A DNA stretch of 63,595 nt, counting the filler, from Chrysochromulina tobinii (taxonomy: Eukaryota), in assembly GCA_001275005.1 (NCBI GenBank). It is 5 parts of 5 records of this genome, joined end to end, with 100 filler letters (N's around TTAATTAATTAA, not from the genome) between each part and the next. Parts side by side here need not be neighbours in the genome. Positions count along the whole stretch, not along the records: positions 1 to 22,727 come from JWZX01000693.1; 4 more parts are not named here. One strand, written 5' to 3'. Position 1 is the first letter of the stretch, and each line of letters starts with the position of its first letter. The position numbers were made by a program, and so were the translations under genes. The notes under the pieces are model-generated. The model had not been told where the DNA came from and searched no databases. It was given only the letters and a program-made list of their open reading frames with translations. Shown one piece after another: positions 1 to 10,952 of the stretch.

Positions 1-241
1 CCCCCCCCCCCCCCCCCCCCCCGGGCCCTGCCCCTCGACGTCGCCCTCGCCCGGCCTGACGGCACACCCACGACCGGCACCGCTCCACACGAGATAGCAG
101 ATAGGTTTAGATAGTTACTTAGCAGTTTACACAGTGTTCTATACACACTTTACTGGGGGAGAGAAGAGGTACAAAGAGTGGTATGCAACTTCTCGACCGG
201 AGCAGCGAGCACCCCGCCCGACCGGCCACCGAGCCGCGGCA

Positions 242-1126
242 TCAGTCATGCATAACTGAATGCCTCACCAGCATCGCGAGCGTCCATGTGAGGAGTGCCC
301 ACTTGCCGAAAGTTGCCCACGGACCAACGCGCAACGCCACCTGGCCCGAAGCCTCGCTCCAGTTCGGGTACAACTCGAGCAGCGTCAGGACGCACGCGTT
401 CTCCACGAGGTCACACGCGCCTGCAAGGAGCGCTAGCCCTGCAGCAAGTACCCGACGGGCTGGGAAGCAGCGCCAGCAGAGTGCACCGGTCGCGGGCGCG
501 TAGCAGAGTGGCAGCGCGAGATCCCCCAACGGTGCCAGATACATGGCCCGGTACGCCGCGCGACCGGAGGGGCCGAGCTCCACGAAGAGAGTTCGGGCCG
601 TCTCCGCATCCCAAAAAAGAGAGGCGTCGAGGCGGCCAGGAAAGTGAGCGCGGTAGGCATCGTAACCCATGCCAGCGGTGACGATGACCGACGCCGTGCC
701 CGCAAACAAGGCGACCCAGTACGACGCGCCACGCCCTGGCCAGCGCACCACTGTCATCCAGACGAGGCTGATGCTCGCCACGATCATGGGGCTGGCAGCA
801 GACTGAAGAGTCATGGTTCTATGAATGGCGAGCTCAGGCACGAAAAGCGCGAGCGCAACGATGAATGAGAAAGCGGTCGCCACGAAAGTTGAAGTCGACG
901 GGTCAGCGCCCTCCTTGGCACAGAGCAAGCACAAGCAGCAGGTCATGAGTGTCCAGCTGGAAAATATGCGCGCGCCGAGTTCGGTCAGCTCTTGCGGCTC
1001 AGCCGCGAATAGCGAATTTGCAAGAAGATCTGGCCGTGCGATGGCGAGCACCACGGACACTGAGCGGAGGCCAGCGACGGTCAGAAGCCAGACGGGTAGG
1101 GCGCGGCGGGGAGCCAATGGAGCCAT
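242..1126 (-). CDS. ERG28: ERG28-like sterol-biosynthesis scaffold membrane protein fused to a C-terminal uncharacterised membrane domain
   Basis: N-terminal ~125 aa (WLLTVAGLRSVSV...ELGARIFSSWTLMTCCLCLLCA...ATAFSFIVALALFVPELAIHRTMT...ASISLVWM) follow the ERG28 pattern (GRTFGxWTL..., ATFxSFxxAL..FxxE...TMT). A second hydrophobic domain contains LD...ELGPSGRAAY...D.ALPLCY...ACDLVEN. Confidence 0.75.
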   Translation of the reverse strand: MAPLAPRRALPVWLLTVAGLRSVSVVLAIARPDLLANSLFAAEPQELTELGARIFSSWTLMTCCLCLLCAKEGADPSTSTFVATAFSFIVALALFVPELAIHRTMTLQSAASPMIVASISLVWMTVVRWPGRGASYWVALFAGTASVIVTAGMGYDAYRAHFPGRLDASLFWDAETARTLFVELGPSGRAAYRAMYLAPLGDLALPLCYAPATGALCWRCFPARRVLAAGLALLAGACDLVENACVLTLLELYPNWSEASGQVALRVGPWATFGKWALLTWTLAMLVRHSVMHD

Positions 1127-1341
1127 TCACATGGCCTTTCTCGAGATGTCTATGAAGTTCTATCCGAACACTTCATACCTATACTGGGTAATCACCTCGA
1201 GCGGCACTCACGACACAAAAAGTCCGCACCCGCCTCTCACTGTTTCGGATGTTCCTATAGCCACCGAACGCACGAAGTTTCCTCGCGCTTGTGCTTGTGC
1301 TTGCTGCGCAAGCACGAGAGGCAGCTTCAGAGGGCGCAGCG

Positions 1342-2109
1342 ATGTCCCTCCACGCAGGGGCTACAATGGAGATTGCGGGGTTCCGAGGTCGCCTGGACTT
1401 GAATGGATCAGCTGTGAAACTAGTAACCTGGCTGCCATGCATGCGCTGGGCAGCCCTCGTCATCCATACGAATCCTCCGGAATCGATCACCGTTAAGCCG
1501 GAGAACCTGGTCGCAATCGGCAGCCAGGACTGTGCAGTCTATGAGTCTCTGCGACGTCGAAGAAATAATTGGGAGCACGAGTTTCAAAGGCATGTGGAGC
1601 AGCGATACGCCGAGCAGAAGCGAATAGATGACAAGGAGAGGCGACAGCGAAGGGCCGATCTGCAGCGAAGTGATGAGGAGGAGAGGCGAAGAGATGAGGA
1701 GACGAGGCGCCAAGAGAGAATCCATCAAGTAAGAGAGGTGGCAGCCAGAGCTAAATCGACCAATCGCACAACTGATCTCACTCACGACGCTCTTGTGGTG
1801 GTGTGCCAATTCCTTAATCTGAGTCAGTTAGACCCGTTGCGTTTCGTGTGCAAAGCTTGGAGCGCTGCCGCTCGCGCTGCTGCACGTGATCCAACCTGGC
1901 AGCTGACCATGCTTTCTGCCAACGAGTTGAAGCGCTATAGCAATGCTCTGCCCGTCTCTCTCGCCATGCGGCAGCGCTGGGTGCATGTGAATCTACGAAA
2001 AGCCCGCCATACTCATACAGCGCAGGAAGCCAAGGCGGCGGGTTTGACGATGGGGCAGATGATTGCTGCTGGGTACTCTCCGCGTGCGTGCTTCGATGCA
2101 GGCTTCTAG
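1342..2109 (+). CDS. F-box-like protein with N-terminal G.xGRLDLNG...VKPENL module, charged coiled coil and C-terminal AxEAKAAG/AAGYS repeats
   Basis: ATG at 1342 within ORF 1291..2109. TDLTHDALVVVCQFLNLSQLDPLRFVCKAWSAAA fits the F-box consensus (LP.ELL..IF..L....L.....VCK.W). Confidence 0.55.
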   Translation: MSLHAGATMEIAGFRGRLDLNGSAVKLVTWLPCMRWAALVIHTNPPESITVKPENLVAIGSQDCAVYESLRRRRNNWEHEFQRHVEQRYAEQKRIDDKERRQRRADLQRSDEEERRRDEETRRQERIHQVREVAARAKSTNRTTDLTHDALVVVCQFLNLSQLDPLRFVCKAWSAAARAAARDPTWQLTMLSANELKRYSNALPVSLAMRQRWVHVNLRKARHTHTAQEAKAAGLTMGQMIAAGYSPRACFDAGF

Positions 2110-2671
2110 CTTGAAGAGCAAGCCCGTGCACGGGGCAGGGCACCTCCGACTCATGCAGCGCAGGAGCCAAGGCAGCGGGATTCACAAGGATACGAATCGT
2201 TATTGAGAGCTGCTACTGGGCGCGCGTTGGTCCGCGCGAGGTCGGTGTTCGAACGGCTCGCGCGGGAGGCTATACGCTCCTGAGTCTTGTGGCTGGTGCA
2301 CGACGATGCCGAAAGGTTGCTCAGGGTCGGGTCACTGCCGTGCCGACTCACAGCTGCCCTGCGATGAGCGTACTCAGACTGTCCGCGTTGATTCGGTTTG
2401 TCCCGACTGCCCGGGTCTGTGCCCGCGTTAATGCGGCTCGTTGCTGCCGTGTCGTGTGGCTGCGCCGCGGCGCGTGGCTGCGGAGCGCCACGCACCGGAC
2501 CGCACGAGCCTGCGTGGTCGTGTGTACGCGGCGCGGCCGGGGGCGCTATCCCGGGCGTGGCGGCGGCCGAACGGCGACGCCAACGGTCGTGTCTCGTCGG
2601 TGTCACGGTGATGTGTGTCGTGTGGTGCACATGTTTTTAACACATGTTTGTTCATCCCACACGCACAGACG

Positions 2672-5244
2672 CTACATTCCACCCCAGCCGAATCTCACAC
2701 GCCAGGCGGCCAGGTCCGAGAAGAGCCTCTCCCGCCACGAGCTCAGAAGGCGAGCGCGGTACGCATCAGCAAGCATCGACTGCCCAGTGAGCACCTTGCC
2801 GGCGGGCTGGCGGCCGATGGGTTGCCGAGCTGCGAGGCGTCGCAGTACCGTCGCGAGCGCGAGCGACTCTGTCGGCGTCCATCGGTCATTCTCCACAATC
2901 CACGCGATCGTGCCAGCACTGCTTCGGTCGTCGGCGCCGTCCTCCACGCCCGCTCGGAACGGCGCGCGACGCAAGCCGAGGAAGTCCATCATGAGGCGCA
3001 CGAGGCGTCGCATCATCTCATCTCCGCAATTGAGCAGCGCTGAGCGCTCGAGAACCCAGCCACACCGATCGTCGCGCCGGGACTGCACGGTCAGGAGGGC
3101 GGCCGCCCCCAACAGCACCGGTCCAACTGCCGGTTGAGCGCCCAACTCGGCGCTGAATCGTGCCAACTCGGCGCGCGCGAGAGAGAGGCTTGCGCACTCA
3201 TCGTGAGGTGAGTGCCCTCGTGGGAACAGCTGCGTGTCGAGCAGCCGATTGCGGCGCTCATCAGCGCCCGCGTGGTGGCGCTTCCGAGCCGCATTCTGCG
3301 CGGCGAGCATTGTTTCGAAGCCTCGTAGCGACTCATCGTGTGTTGATCGCCACGCAGAAGGTAGTGAGCGTGCGGTATTGGCACTGGCACCCGACGGCAG
3401 TGAGCGTGCGGTATTGGCACTGGCACCCGCATTGGCATCGTCTCTGGAAAAGGCGTGTGCGCCGGCACCCATGTTGGCAATGGCGCAAGCACCGCCCTGC
3501 ACACCAGTGGTGTCGATCCCGGAGCCAGCATCTACCGGTACCGGGCTGCCTCCCGTGCGTAGATCGGACCCCGGTTGCTCCGTGTCGGGGCTTGCGGCGC
3601 CACCCCGCAGCCGACGCCAGTTGGTTCCGCCGAATCTCTTGAGGACTAGTTCTGTGGGAAGTGCACACGAGCGGGCGCCTTCATCTGCCCAAGCAAGACG
3701 GCATCGCCACGCCGCCGCCGCCGCCTCCGCCACAGTAACGCCCCTCTCGGCCGCCCCAACCCCCTCGATGACCTCCTCGACGTGAGCCCTTACCTGATGA
3801 GGGGGGCAATCAGTCGTCATCAGAGTGAGGAGGGATGCAATTAGGAGGCAATCAGACGTCATCGGGGTGGCTCGTGGTGAGCCCTTACCCAACGGCGCCC
3901 GTGAGCGGCAGTGCGACATTGGAATTCGAGCAGCTCGCCGCGCGCGGGAGGAGCGCTGTCGGTGTCCGCACCGCGCTGCCCACCGCCGCTCAGCAGTGCG
4001 GTGATCACGGCGGTAGGCTCGTGAGCGGCGGCTACCCCAGCCGCCGCCACCGCCGCCATCTCGCCCGTCGCGCCTGCCGCCGCTGCCAGCGCCGTGGGCT
4101 TCAGGATGGAGAGCAGACAGCGCGGTGCACCGCCCGGTTTGCCGTGCACCGGCGCCTGAGCCACGAGGTCAAAGGCCGCTCTCAATCGCGCATCGTCGGT
4201 GAACGTCGCTGTGAACGCCTCTGTGGCGAGACATACAAAGGTGCTGGCGTGGGGCACTGAAGCGGCCAGCGCGCAGAGCAGATCGGTAAGGTAGCGAGCG
4301 TGCGGGATACGCTGCTCACGACCCCACGGCAGCGACGCCACCACCAAACCCACAGTCTTGGCCTGTTCGGTGGGCAGCGGCGTCGTGCAATCGTGCTCCA
4401 GCGCCGTCGGTACACTCGCAACCTCCCAACCAAACTCCTGTGCCGCAAATGCCAGGTTGGCACGGGCGCCACGCACAGCCAGAGGGTTGAGGTCGCACCC
4501 CACCGCCCTTAGCCCACGCAGCCGCGCCGCGCAGAGGACCGTGCCAGAGCCGCAGCAAGGGTCGAGCAGCACCGGTGGCAGCACGCCGGCGGCAGCGCTA
4601 GTAGTGGTGGTGGTGCGGCCAGTAGAGGCAGCGTGGTGCTGCAGCGCGAGCGAGACGGCGAGGAGCGCCAGCTCAGGGTCGGTCGCCGCCGAGAAGCTAT
4701 ACGGGCGGCTCGTCCACGTTGACAGCCGCCGCTGCTGCCGCTGCTGCTGCTGAGAGGCTGCCGAACCCACATTGCGGCAGAGGTACCAGAGCCGGCGCGT
4801 CCGCACGAGCACGAGCTCTAACGCGTTGTCCGTGTCACCACGCCGAGCCGCGGGCTCGCCGGGCAAGTATCGAGCCACGCCACACAGGCACTCGTGGGCG
4901 CGCGGACCAACGTCGTCTGCTGCAAACGACTCGTAGCGCAGCGTCCAGGGTTGCTCAAGCACAGCCGGCCGACTTGGCGAGTCGAGCTCTGCCAGTAGCT
5001 TGCCATACGAAGATGCGCGTGCTATCGGCTCGAGCACGTGCATAGCGCTCTCAGCAAGGACAAGGGCCTTGGAGCTACTCTGCTGATGCTTGGCGACATA
5101 CAATCGTGAACCGATGCGCGTTGCGTCGGGGCTCAGTTCCATGTGATGCAGGTCGCGATAGCGGCGAATTGGCGGCGTTATCACGAGCAGCGTTATCACT
5201 GGCGGAGCGAGCAGCAGCGTCGCCACATATCGAAGTCGCATCAA
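2672..5244 (-). CDS. SAM-dependent methyltransferase (TRM11/THUMP-type RNA methylase-like) with C-terminal domain of unknown function; 2 exons
   Basis: Motifs LLDPCCGSGTVL, GCDLN...GARANL and VASLPWGR. Exons 5244-3889 and 3793-2672 are joined in frame (RRW|VRAH) by GT-AG intron 3888-3794. Confidence 0.7.
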
Positions 5245-5578
5245 TAGGCAGCGTGCGCGAGCCTGTCAAGCCACACAAGGCTTGGACAAGGCCATGCTCT
5301 CGATCGTGAGCGTGAATTTTGCCGTGAAGCCCGATACGGCGCCTTTTCGAGTGCGAGAATGGTACACGTTTTATAACTCGAGCGACGAACACGTGCGGCG
5401 TGGCACCATCGCACCCCCATAGCTAGGTCAGCCGCGTGCTCGCGGCGGGCAGAGGAGGGCAGGAGGCGCCGCCTCTCAAGCTCTCATACAGCGGTAGGCC
5501 TACGGTAGCGAAGCGACCGTCGCGAATGGAGAGCTGCACGTGCCTGGGCGCGGCGCCATTCTCGGGTCGAGCCCTCCC

Positions 5579-6286
5579 TCAGAAGTACGGGAAGCCGATG
5601 GCGCCGTGGGTGATGGCGCTCTGCGTGGCGATGCCGCTGAAGGCCATCATGGCGAGACGCGAGTGCTTGATCTCGGCCTTTTTGATCGAGTCGGTGACCT
5701 GGATGTTGCCCGTCAGCGCAAAGTCGCCCGGCGCGCGCTTCCCCTCCAGCGTCTGCTGGATGGCCGCGAAGCCCGCGATCTCGCACACGCCGCAGAAGAT
5801 GAGCAGCACGATCATAGAACCCTGCTTGACTGCGGCGTCGTGGGCGGTGAACGAAGTCACCGACATCAGCGGCGAGTCGGCCGGCAGCCCCGGTGCGCGC
5901 AGGCCGATGTCCGCGGCGATCCAGCCGACAATCGCGAGCATGCACACGCGGCCGTGCTTCAGCTCAGCTTCCCGCATCCAACCGAGCGGGATTCCGGCCG
6001 ACGAGAGGCCGAGCGGGTCAAAGCCCACGTCGCCGGGCATCGAGCCTGTGATGCCAAGGCACAAAGCACACGGAGGGTGATGAGCGCATGCGTGCTACTC
6101 GTCGGGGCCAAGCTGTGTTGAAGTGCGTTTGAGGGCATTGTGAGGCTTCTCACCGTCGAGGGCTTTCGGGCGCTCCATGAATGGCAAGGATTCGGACTTG
6201 ACCATGGAGATGCTCGCGCGAGGAGTGACGCGGGCGGCAAGCGGCGCCGCGAAGGACATTGAGGCAGAGGAGGAGAGCGCGAGCAT
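5579..6286 (-). CDS. Chlorophyll a/c light-harvesting protein (Lhcr-like); 2 exons
   Basis: Exons 6286-6154 and 6045-5579, GT-AG intron 6153-6046. The spliced product has the leader MLALSSSASMSFAAP, then PKALDGSMPGDVGFDPLG, WMREAELKHGRVCMLA and AEIKHSRLAMMA. Confidence 0.93.
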
Positions 6287-6470
6287 TCCGATCTGGGGCT
6301 CTGGGTATGCGCCGATAATTACCAAGTTCAAGACATGGCAAGTCAAGTCAACTTTTAATTTACAAGCGCCGTATTGGCTTAATTTGCCCAACCAACCCAC
6401 GTCCGGAGCACACCTGTCTACCATTACTGTTTGTTCACACAATCCTTAAATCAGGAACACGCGCCAATCC

Positions 6471-7679
6471 ATGTCTCCCATGCCGGCCTCTTCTTGGAAT
6501 TTCACTCCCAAGCACCGCTGGTCCTTTCAAAACAACGCCATCTGCGGCATTTGCCTCTTCGCATGGCTCGAGCTGCTCTACGTGCGCCGCCGGCACGTTG
6601 ACTGGCTGCGGTATTGGCAGCGCGTCGCCTTCGTGACGGCGATCGCAGTGCTCAACTCGGCACTCAGCGTCGTCGAGGCGATCATGCACGGGCGCGCCAT
6701 TGAGAAGCAGAAAATCGATCCGCGCCCGGTCTTCATCCTTGGCCATCCGCGCACGGGGACCACGCTGCTTCACTCGCTGATGGCACTCGACGATGCCACG
6801 TTCGGCTACTGCTCCACGTTCTGTGTCGCGTTTCCGTCGGCGTTCCTGTGGCTCGAGCCGGTCAAGTTCCTCTTCGCGGGCCTTGTGTCCGAGAAGCGCC
6901 CCATGGACGAGATGGCGCTCGACCTTGACACGCCGCAGGAGGACGAGCTCGGGGTCAACGTGCTCAGCGCGGGCACATCGCCTTATATGCCGCTCACATT
7001 CATGACGGACGAGCCGTCGTTCCGACCGTACTTCTCCTTCAAGAACGCGCCCGAGGCCGACAAGCGACGCTGGACTGCCGCCTTCGTCCACCTGCTGCGC
7101 AAGCTGAGCCTCCGCTGCGGTGGCAAGCGTCTACTGCTCAAGTCTCCGGTGCACACGGCGCGTGTGGCGCTGCTGCTACAGCTCTTCCCAGAGGCGTCGT
7201 TCGTGTACCTGCACCGGCACCCACTCGTCGTGTACCAATCCGCGTGCCACATGGCCGATACCACCTACTGGCACATGTACCTGGCGCAGCCGACGAACGC
7301 CCAAATCCATGACTTCATCCTTGAGCAATTCGTCACTCTGTGGGAAGAGTACGCGGCGGACCGGGCACTGATCCCGGCAGGTCGGCTGGTCGAGATGTCT
7401 TTCGAGGAGCTCTCGACAGACCCAACAGCCGCCGTCGGGCGCGTGTACGCCGAGCTCGGCCTCTCGGGATTCGACGAGTGCGTCAAGCAGCGCGTGGCCT
7501 CGCTGCAGGTGGGTCAGCCCCATGGTGTGGAGCGAGGAGGGCCCAAGCTCAAAGGGTACCAGAAGAATGCGCACAAGCCGCTGCCCGCTGGCCTACGCGA
7601 GCTCGTCGCGGAGAAGTGGGAAGCTTACTCGAAGGCGTGGGGCTACTCGTGTGAGGAAGGGGCACCGGGGCAGCTTTGA
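6471..7679 (+). CDS. Sulfotransferase (Sulfotransfer_3 / Stf3-like)
   Basis: PAPS-binding PVFILGHPRTGTTLLH, RPMD.M...PQEDE, LLLKSPVHTARV and YLHRHP..V..S motifs. Confidence 0.88.
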   Translation: MSPMPASSWNFTPKHRWSFQNNAICGICLFAWLELLYVRRRHVDWLRYWQRVAFVTAIAVLNSALSVVEAIMHGRAIEKQKIDPRPVFILGHPRTGTTLLHSLMALDDATFGYCSTFCVAFPSAFLWLEPVKFLFAGLVSEKRPMDEMALDLDTPQEDELGVNVLSAGTSPYMPLTFMTDEPSFRPYFSFKNAPEADKRRWTAAFVHLLRKLSLRCGGKRLLLKSPVHTARVALLLQLFPEASFVYLHRHPLVVYQSACHMADTTYWHMYLAQPTNAQIHDFILEQFVTLWEEYAADRALIPAGRLVEMSFEELSTDPTAAVGRVYAELGLSGFDECVKQRVASLQVGQPHGVERGGPKLKGYQKNAHKPLPAGLRELVAEKWEAYSKAWGYSCEEGAPGQL

Positions 7680-8326
7680 AATATGTCTTTGGGCCGGCGC
7701 GGGGCCTCCACGCGCGGCCACCGTGGCTTTGCGTCGCGAGTCGTTGCACGTTGGTATCGTCTATGTGCCCGTGACGCGCTCTCTGTTATGACTTATGTCG
7801 TACCCTCGACGCTCGAGCTTCATTACCGCTTACCCGACGCTTACCCCCGCCCGCTATTATGGTCATTGATTTAACATTGATTACCGCCGCGGTCGTTTTA
7901 AAGACCGTGGGGGGGGCGCGCGTCCGCGGCCCGGCCCGCCGCGACCGTGCCGGCTCGCGGCTGACGCCCGCCCTCGGCGATCGGGGGGGGGACAGATGCG
8001 TCCCGTCCAAGGACCAAGCGCCACGGTGCCGGAACGCCATAGCCGGAAGCGTTATAAACCGGGTGCAGGGCTGTGTATAATCAGATCAGGCTCAGGATGT
8101 ATTTTGAGTAAGCACCTCAGGCATATACACGGCCACCTCAACAAAAGCACTACAAGGATCTTTTCCAGCGGTGCTGTTACCTGTGTGCCGCGCCGGGTGC
8201 AGGGTGAGGGTGGGGACTCGTAACTCTATCTCTTGTGACTCTCGCTCTCGTGCACGGCAAGGCGCGCAGAATGGTCGTGAGACGGGATCGAAAGGCGCGC
8301 GACTTTGTGTCGTCCATGCTCGTCCC

Positions 8327-9170
8327 TCAGTTGAACATGCAGCCCGGCAGCGCGCCGGGAATGAAGTGGTTGGACATGATGCCGGCCCAGGCAATCATGG
8401 CGAGCCGACCGTTCTTGAGCTCCTTTAGGCGCATCAGATCGGCGGCCTTTTTGTCCTTCGAGAGCATGCCCGATCCGAAGAACGGGCCCAGGTTGCCCGG
8501 CTCCCGGGTGCCCACGCCGTTATACAGGTCGAAGAGTCCCTGGGAGGTGCAGCCCTCCACAAGGCCGATGAAGAGAAGCACCTGGCTCCACGCGACAAGC
8601 GGCAGCGTCGTGGGCGCGGTGGCCCAGTTGGACGCGCCCGAGAAGTCGATCTCCGCATTGCCCGGCAGGTGGATGCCCGACGACTGCACAATGATGCCCG
8701 TCACTGCGAGCATGCTCATCCTGCCGTGCTTCAGCTCGGCCTCCCGCAGCCATCCGACGTCGGGGTTGTTGCCGCTGACCATGTTCAGCTTGGAGAAGGA
8801 CATCGGGTCCCACGGCTGCACCACGCCGCCAGGGAAGGCGGCCAGCTCCTGCGACGCGCCGACGTACTCGGAGAGCGGCTTGCGCGGCTGCTGAAGGTAC
8901 TCCTTGCCCATGCCAGCGGGTGCAAAGGTGTCATCGATGCGCATCTGCGGAGGACGTTGGCGAGAAGGGCGCAAGCGTGAGCGTGGCGGATGAGGCCCGG
9001 GAACCGGATGCCTTGGCTTGCGCGCTGTGACGCCTCTCAGGCTGCGCCGGCGGCCAGACACGGCCTCAGAGCAAGGATGTTCCTGGGCGACGGACCTGCA
9101 CGTGGGAGCGGGACGCCGGCAGCTGCACGGCCGGCAAGAAGGCAGCGGGAGCGGAGAGGACGGCGAGCAT
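8327..9170 (-). CDS. Chlorophyll a/c light-harvesting protein; 2 exons
   Basis: Exon 9170-9096 encodes the leader MLAVLSAPAAFLPAVQLPASRSHVQ. GT-AG intron 9095-8945. Exon 8944-8327 has WDP, WLREAELKHGRMSMLA and LKELKNGRLAMIA. Confidence 0.93.
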
Positions 9171-9508
9171 GGTCTCCGAAAAACGGCTCTGCGAGCGCGA
9201 GCGCGTGATAGACGACGCTCAGCAATCGGAGGGAGTAAAGGGACACTTCATAAATGAGCACACATGAGATTTTGTCGGCAGAGAATGCAAATGGGCGTCG
9301 TGGAGAGCACTTCACGAGTGCGGTGTCGTGCGTCGTGTGAACGTACAACCGTGCGTGTGAATATGTCTTTTGCTTAGTACATGTAAGTGTTGGAGTGTGT
9401 GAATTAGAAACAGGACCACACAGTACAGCGGCGCTCATGCAGGCGCGTCCCGGGAGTGTGTGAATAAAGATGTCGACCCTTCATGTACACTAGTGCAGGC
9501 CCTGGGAA

Positions 9509-10309
9509 GTGACCCTCCTCTCGAGAATGATGGCCATCTTGGCCGTCGACCCAGCCCGCGTGGAGGCTGCCGACGCGCGCGTGCTACGACCCACACGCGA
9601 AGACATGCTCGATCGCATCAGCGGTCAATCCAGCGCGGCCGACGGCAAGTTCGCGTGCCTCGAGTGTGGCGAGCGCTTCGAGTCTCTTGCTGCCGTCGAT
9701 AAGCACAGGCGAGCCACGCACCAGATCGCAATGCGCAACGACGCAAATGCCCAACGCAATGGGGTGCCCGCAATCTGCCCCGAATGCGAGTTGCAGTTTG
9801 GCACGCTGCAGCAGCTCCAGCGCCACTTTGCTCGCAAGCACGTGACGGAGCGCCAGTTCCAGTGTGCAAGCTGCGGCCTTGGATTCAAGGCTGATACGGA
9901 ACGCCGCGCGCACGAGGGCATGTGCATTGAAGGCCTCAACAGGGGCAAGGCGATTCGCTGCGAGCGATGCGGGATGATATGCATGACGCAGCATCAGTGG
10001 CGACAGCATCGGAAACTCACGAAGCACACAAAATTTGAGTTGCAGTGGGTCGATTCAGCAGCCATGGCAGCGGCCACCGCCGAGGCAGCCTCCGCGGAGG
10101 CCGCGGCCGCCGCTGCACGCCATGCGATGGCCAGTGAGCTAGCCGTTGCTCCGCTCGTGGGCCTGGCGCCGGGGCATGAGCTAGCGGCCGACGAGTTGTT
10201 GGGAGAGGTCCTCGAGGAAGGGACGATGGGCGCCGCGCACCCGTGCCTCCCAGCGGACGAGGCAGAGGTTGTAGAGGTGTGTCGAGTTGTAGAGGGGAGA
10301 GCGTACTGA
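9509..10309 (+). CDS. C2H2 zinc-finger protein (about 4 fingers)
   Basis: CLECGERF...HRRATH, CPECELQF...HFARKH, CASCGLGF...HEGMC and CERCG...HRKLTKH. The exact start is uncertain. Confidence 0.8.
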   Translation: MTLLSRMMAILAVDPARVEAADARVLRPTREDMLDRISGQSSAADGKFACLECGERFESLAAVDKHRRATHQIAMRNDANAQRNGVPAICPECELQFGTLQQLQRHFARKHVTERQFQCASCGLGFKADTERRAHEGMCIEGLNRGKAIRCERCGMICMTQHQWRQHRKLTKHTKFELQWVDSAAMAAATAEAASAEAAAAAARHAMASELAVAPLVGLAPGHELAADELLGEVLEEGTMGAAHPCLPADEAEVVEVCRVVEGRAY

Positions 10310-10952
10310 GAGCTCGTATTCCCGGAGTACCTCTGCCCCGCCTCGTTTGTCATCGCCGCCCTCAGAGCGAGACAGAGACAGAGCTTGAGACAGACGTGGA
10401 GGTGGACGCACTCGACATGCCTTCAGACATGACACTCCGACCGGCCTTTCAAAGTGAAAGTCCACTATTTAGGTTTAGCACCCGACCAGAAGCACCAGTG
10501 CCGGGGAGAGTGGTCCCATAAAGTCGAAAGTGCAAAGGCAAAGTTAAAGCCAAAGTGCCACCAGGTCCAGGAACAGACGGAAAGAGTAATCAAAAGTGAA
10601 AAGAGCATTGCAAAAGAGATCAGCCTCCCCCCCGGTCAGTACCGTACTTTCCCTTTCAACTTTGCCGATCGGACTTCGGGGCGGAGGCAGCGGAGCCCGT
10701 GTACTCGTGAGGTCGTGTGACGGTGGTCCGGTAAGAGTCTCGTATGGTGAGCGCCATGGTGAGCGCGGGGGACCTCTTGAGTCCGGGGTTCCAGCCAGCC
10801 CGGGGAGTGCTCCCAGCCCGTTGCGTACCGGTAACCCCGGTTTATATTTACCCACCAGTACGGAACAGTAACGGACTTGTGACTTATTGTGACTGTGATT
10901 TCGTTCGATCCCGCGCGCGGGGCGCCTCTCTTCTCCTGGGACCCCGGGTGTG

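Noticed and set aside
1..22. Poly-C runs here and at ~57936-57968
   Set aside because: Low-complexity homopolymers at window or contig ends, probably assembly break points.
5579..9170. LHC-sulfotransferase-LHC as a functional cluster
   Set aside because: LHC genes are numerous in algae, the two copies are divergent, and no functional link is evident.
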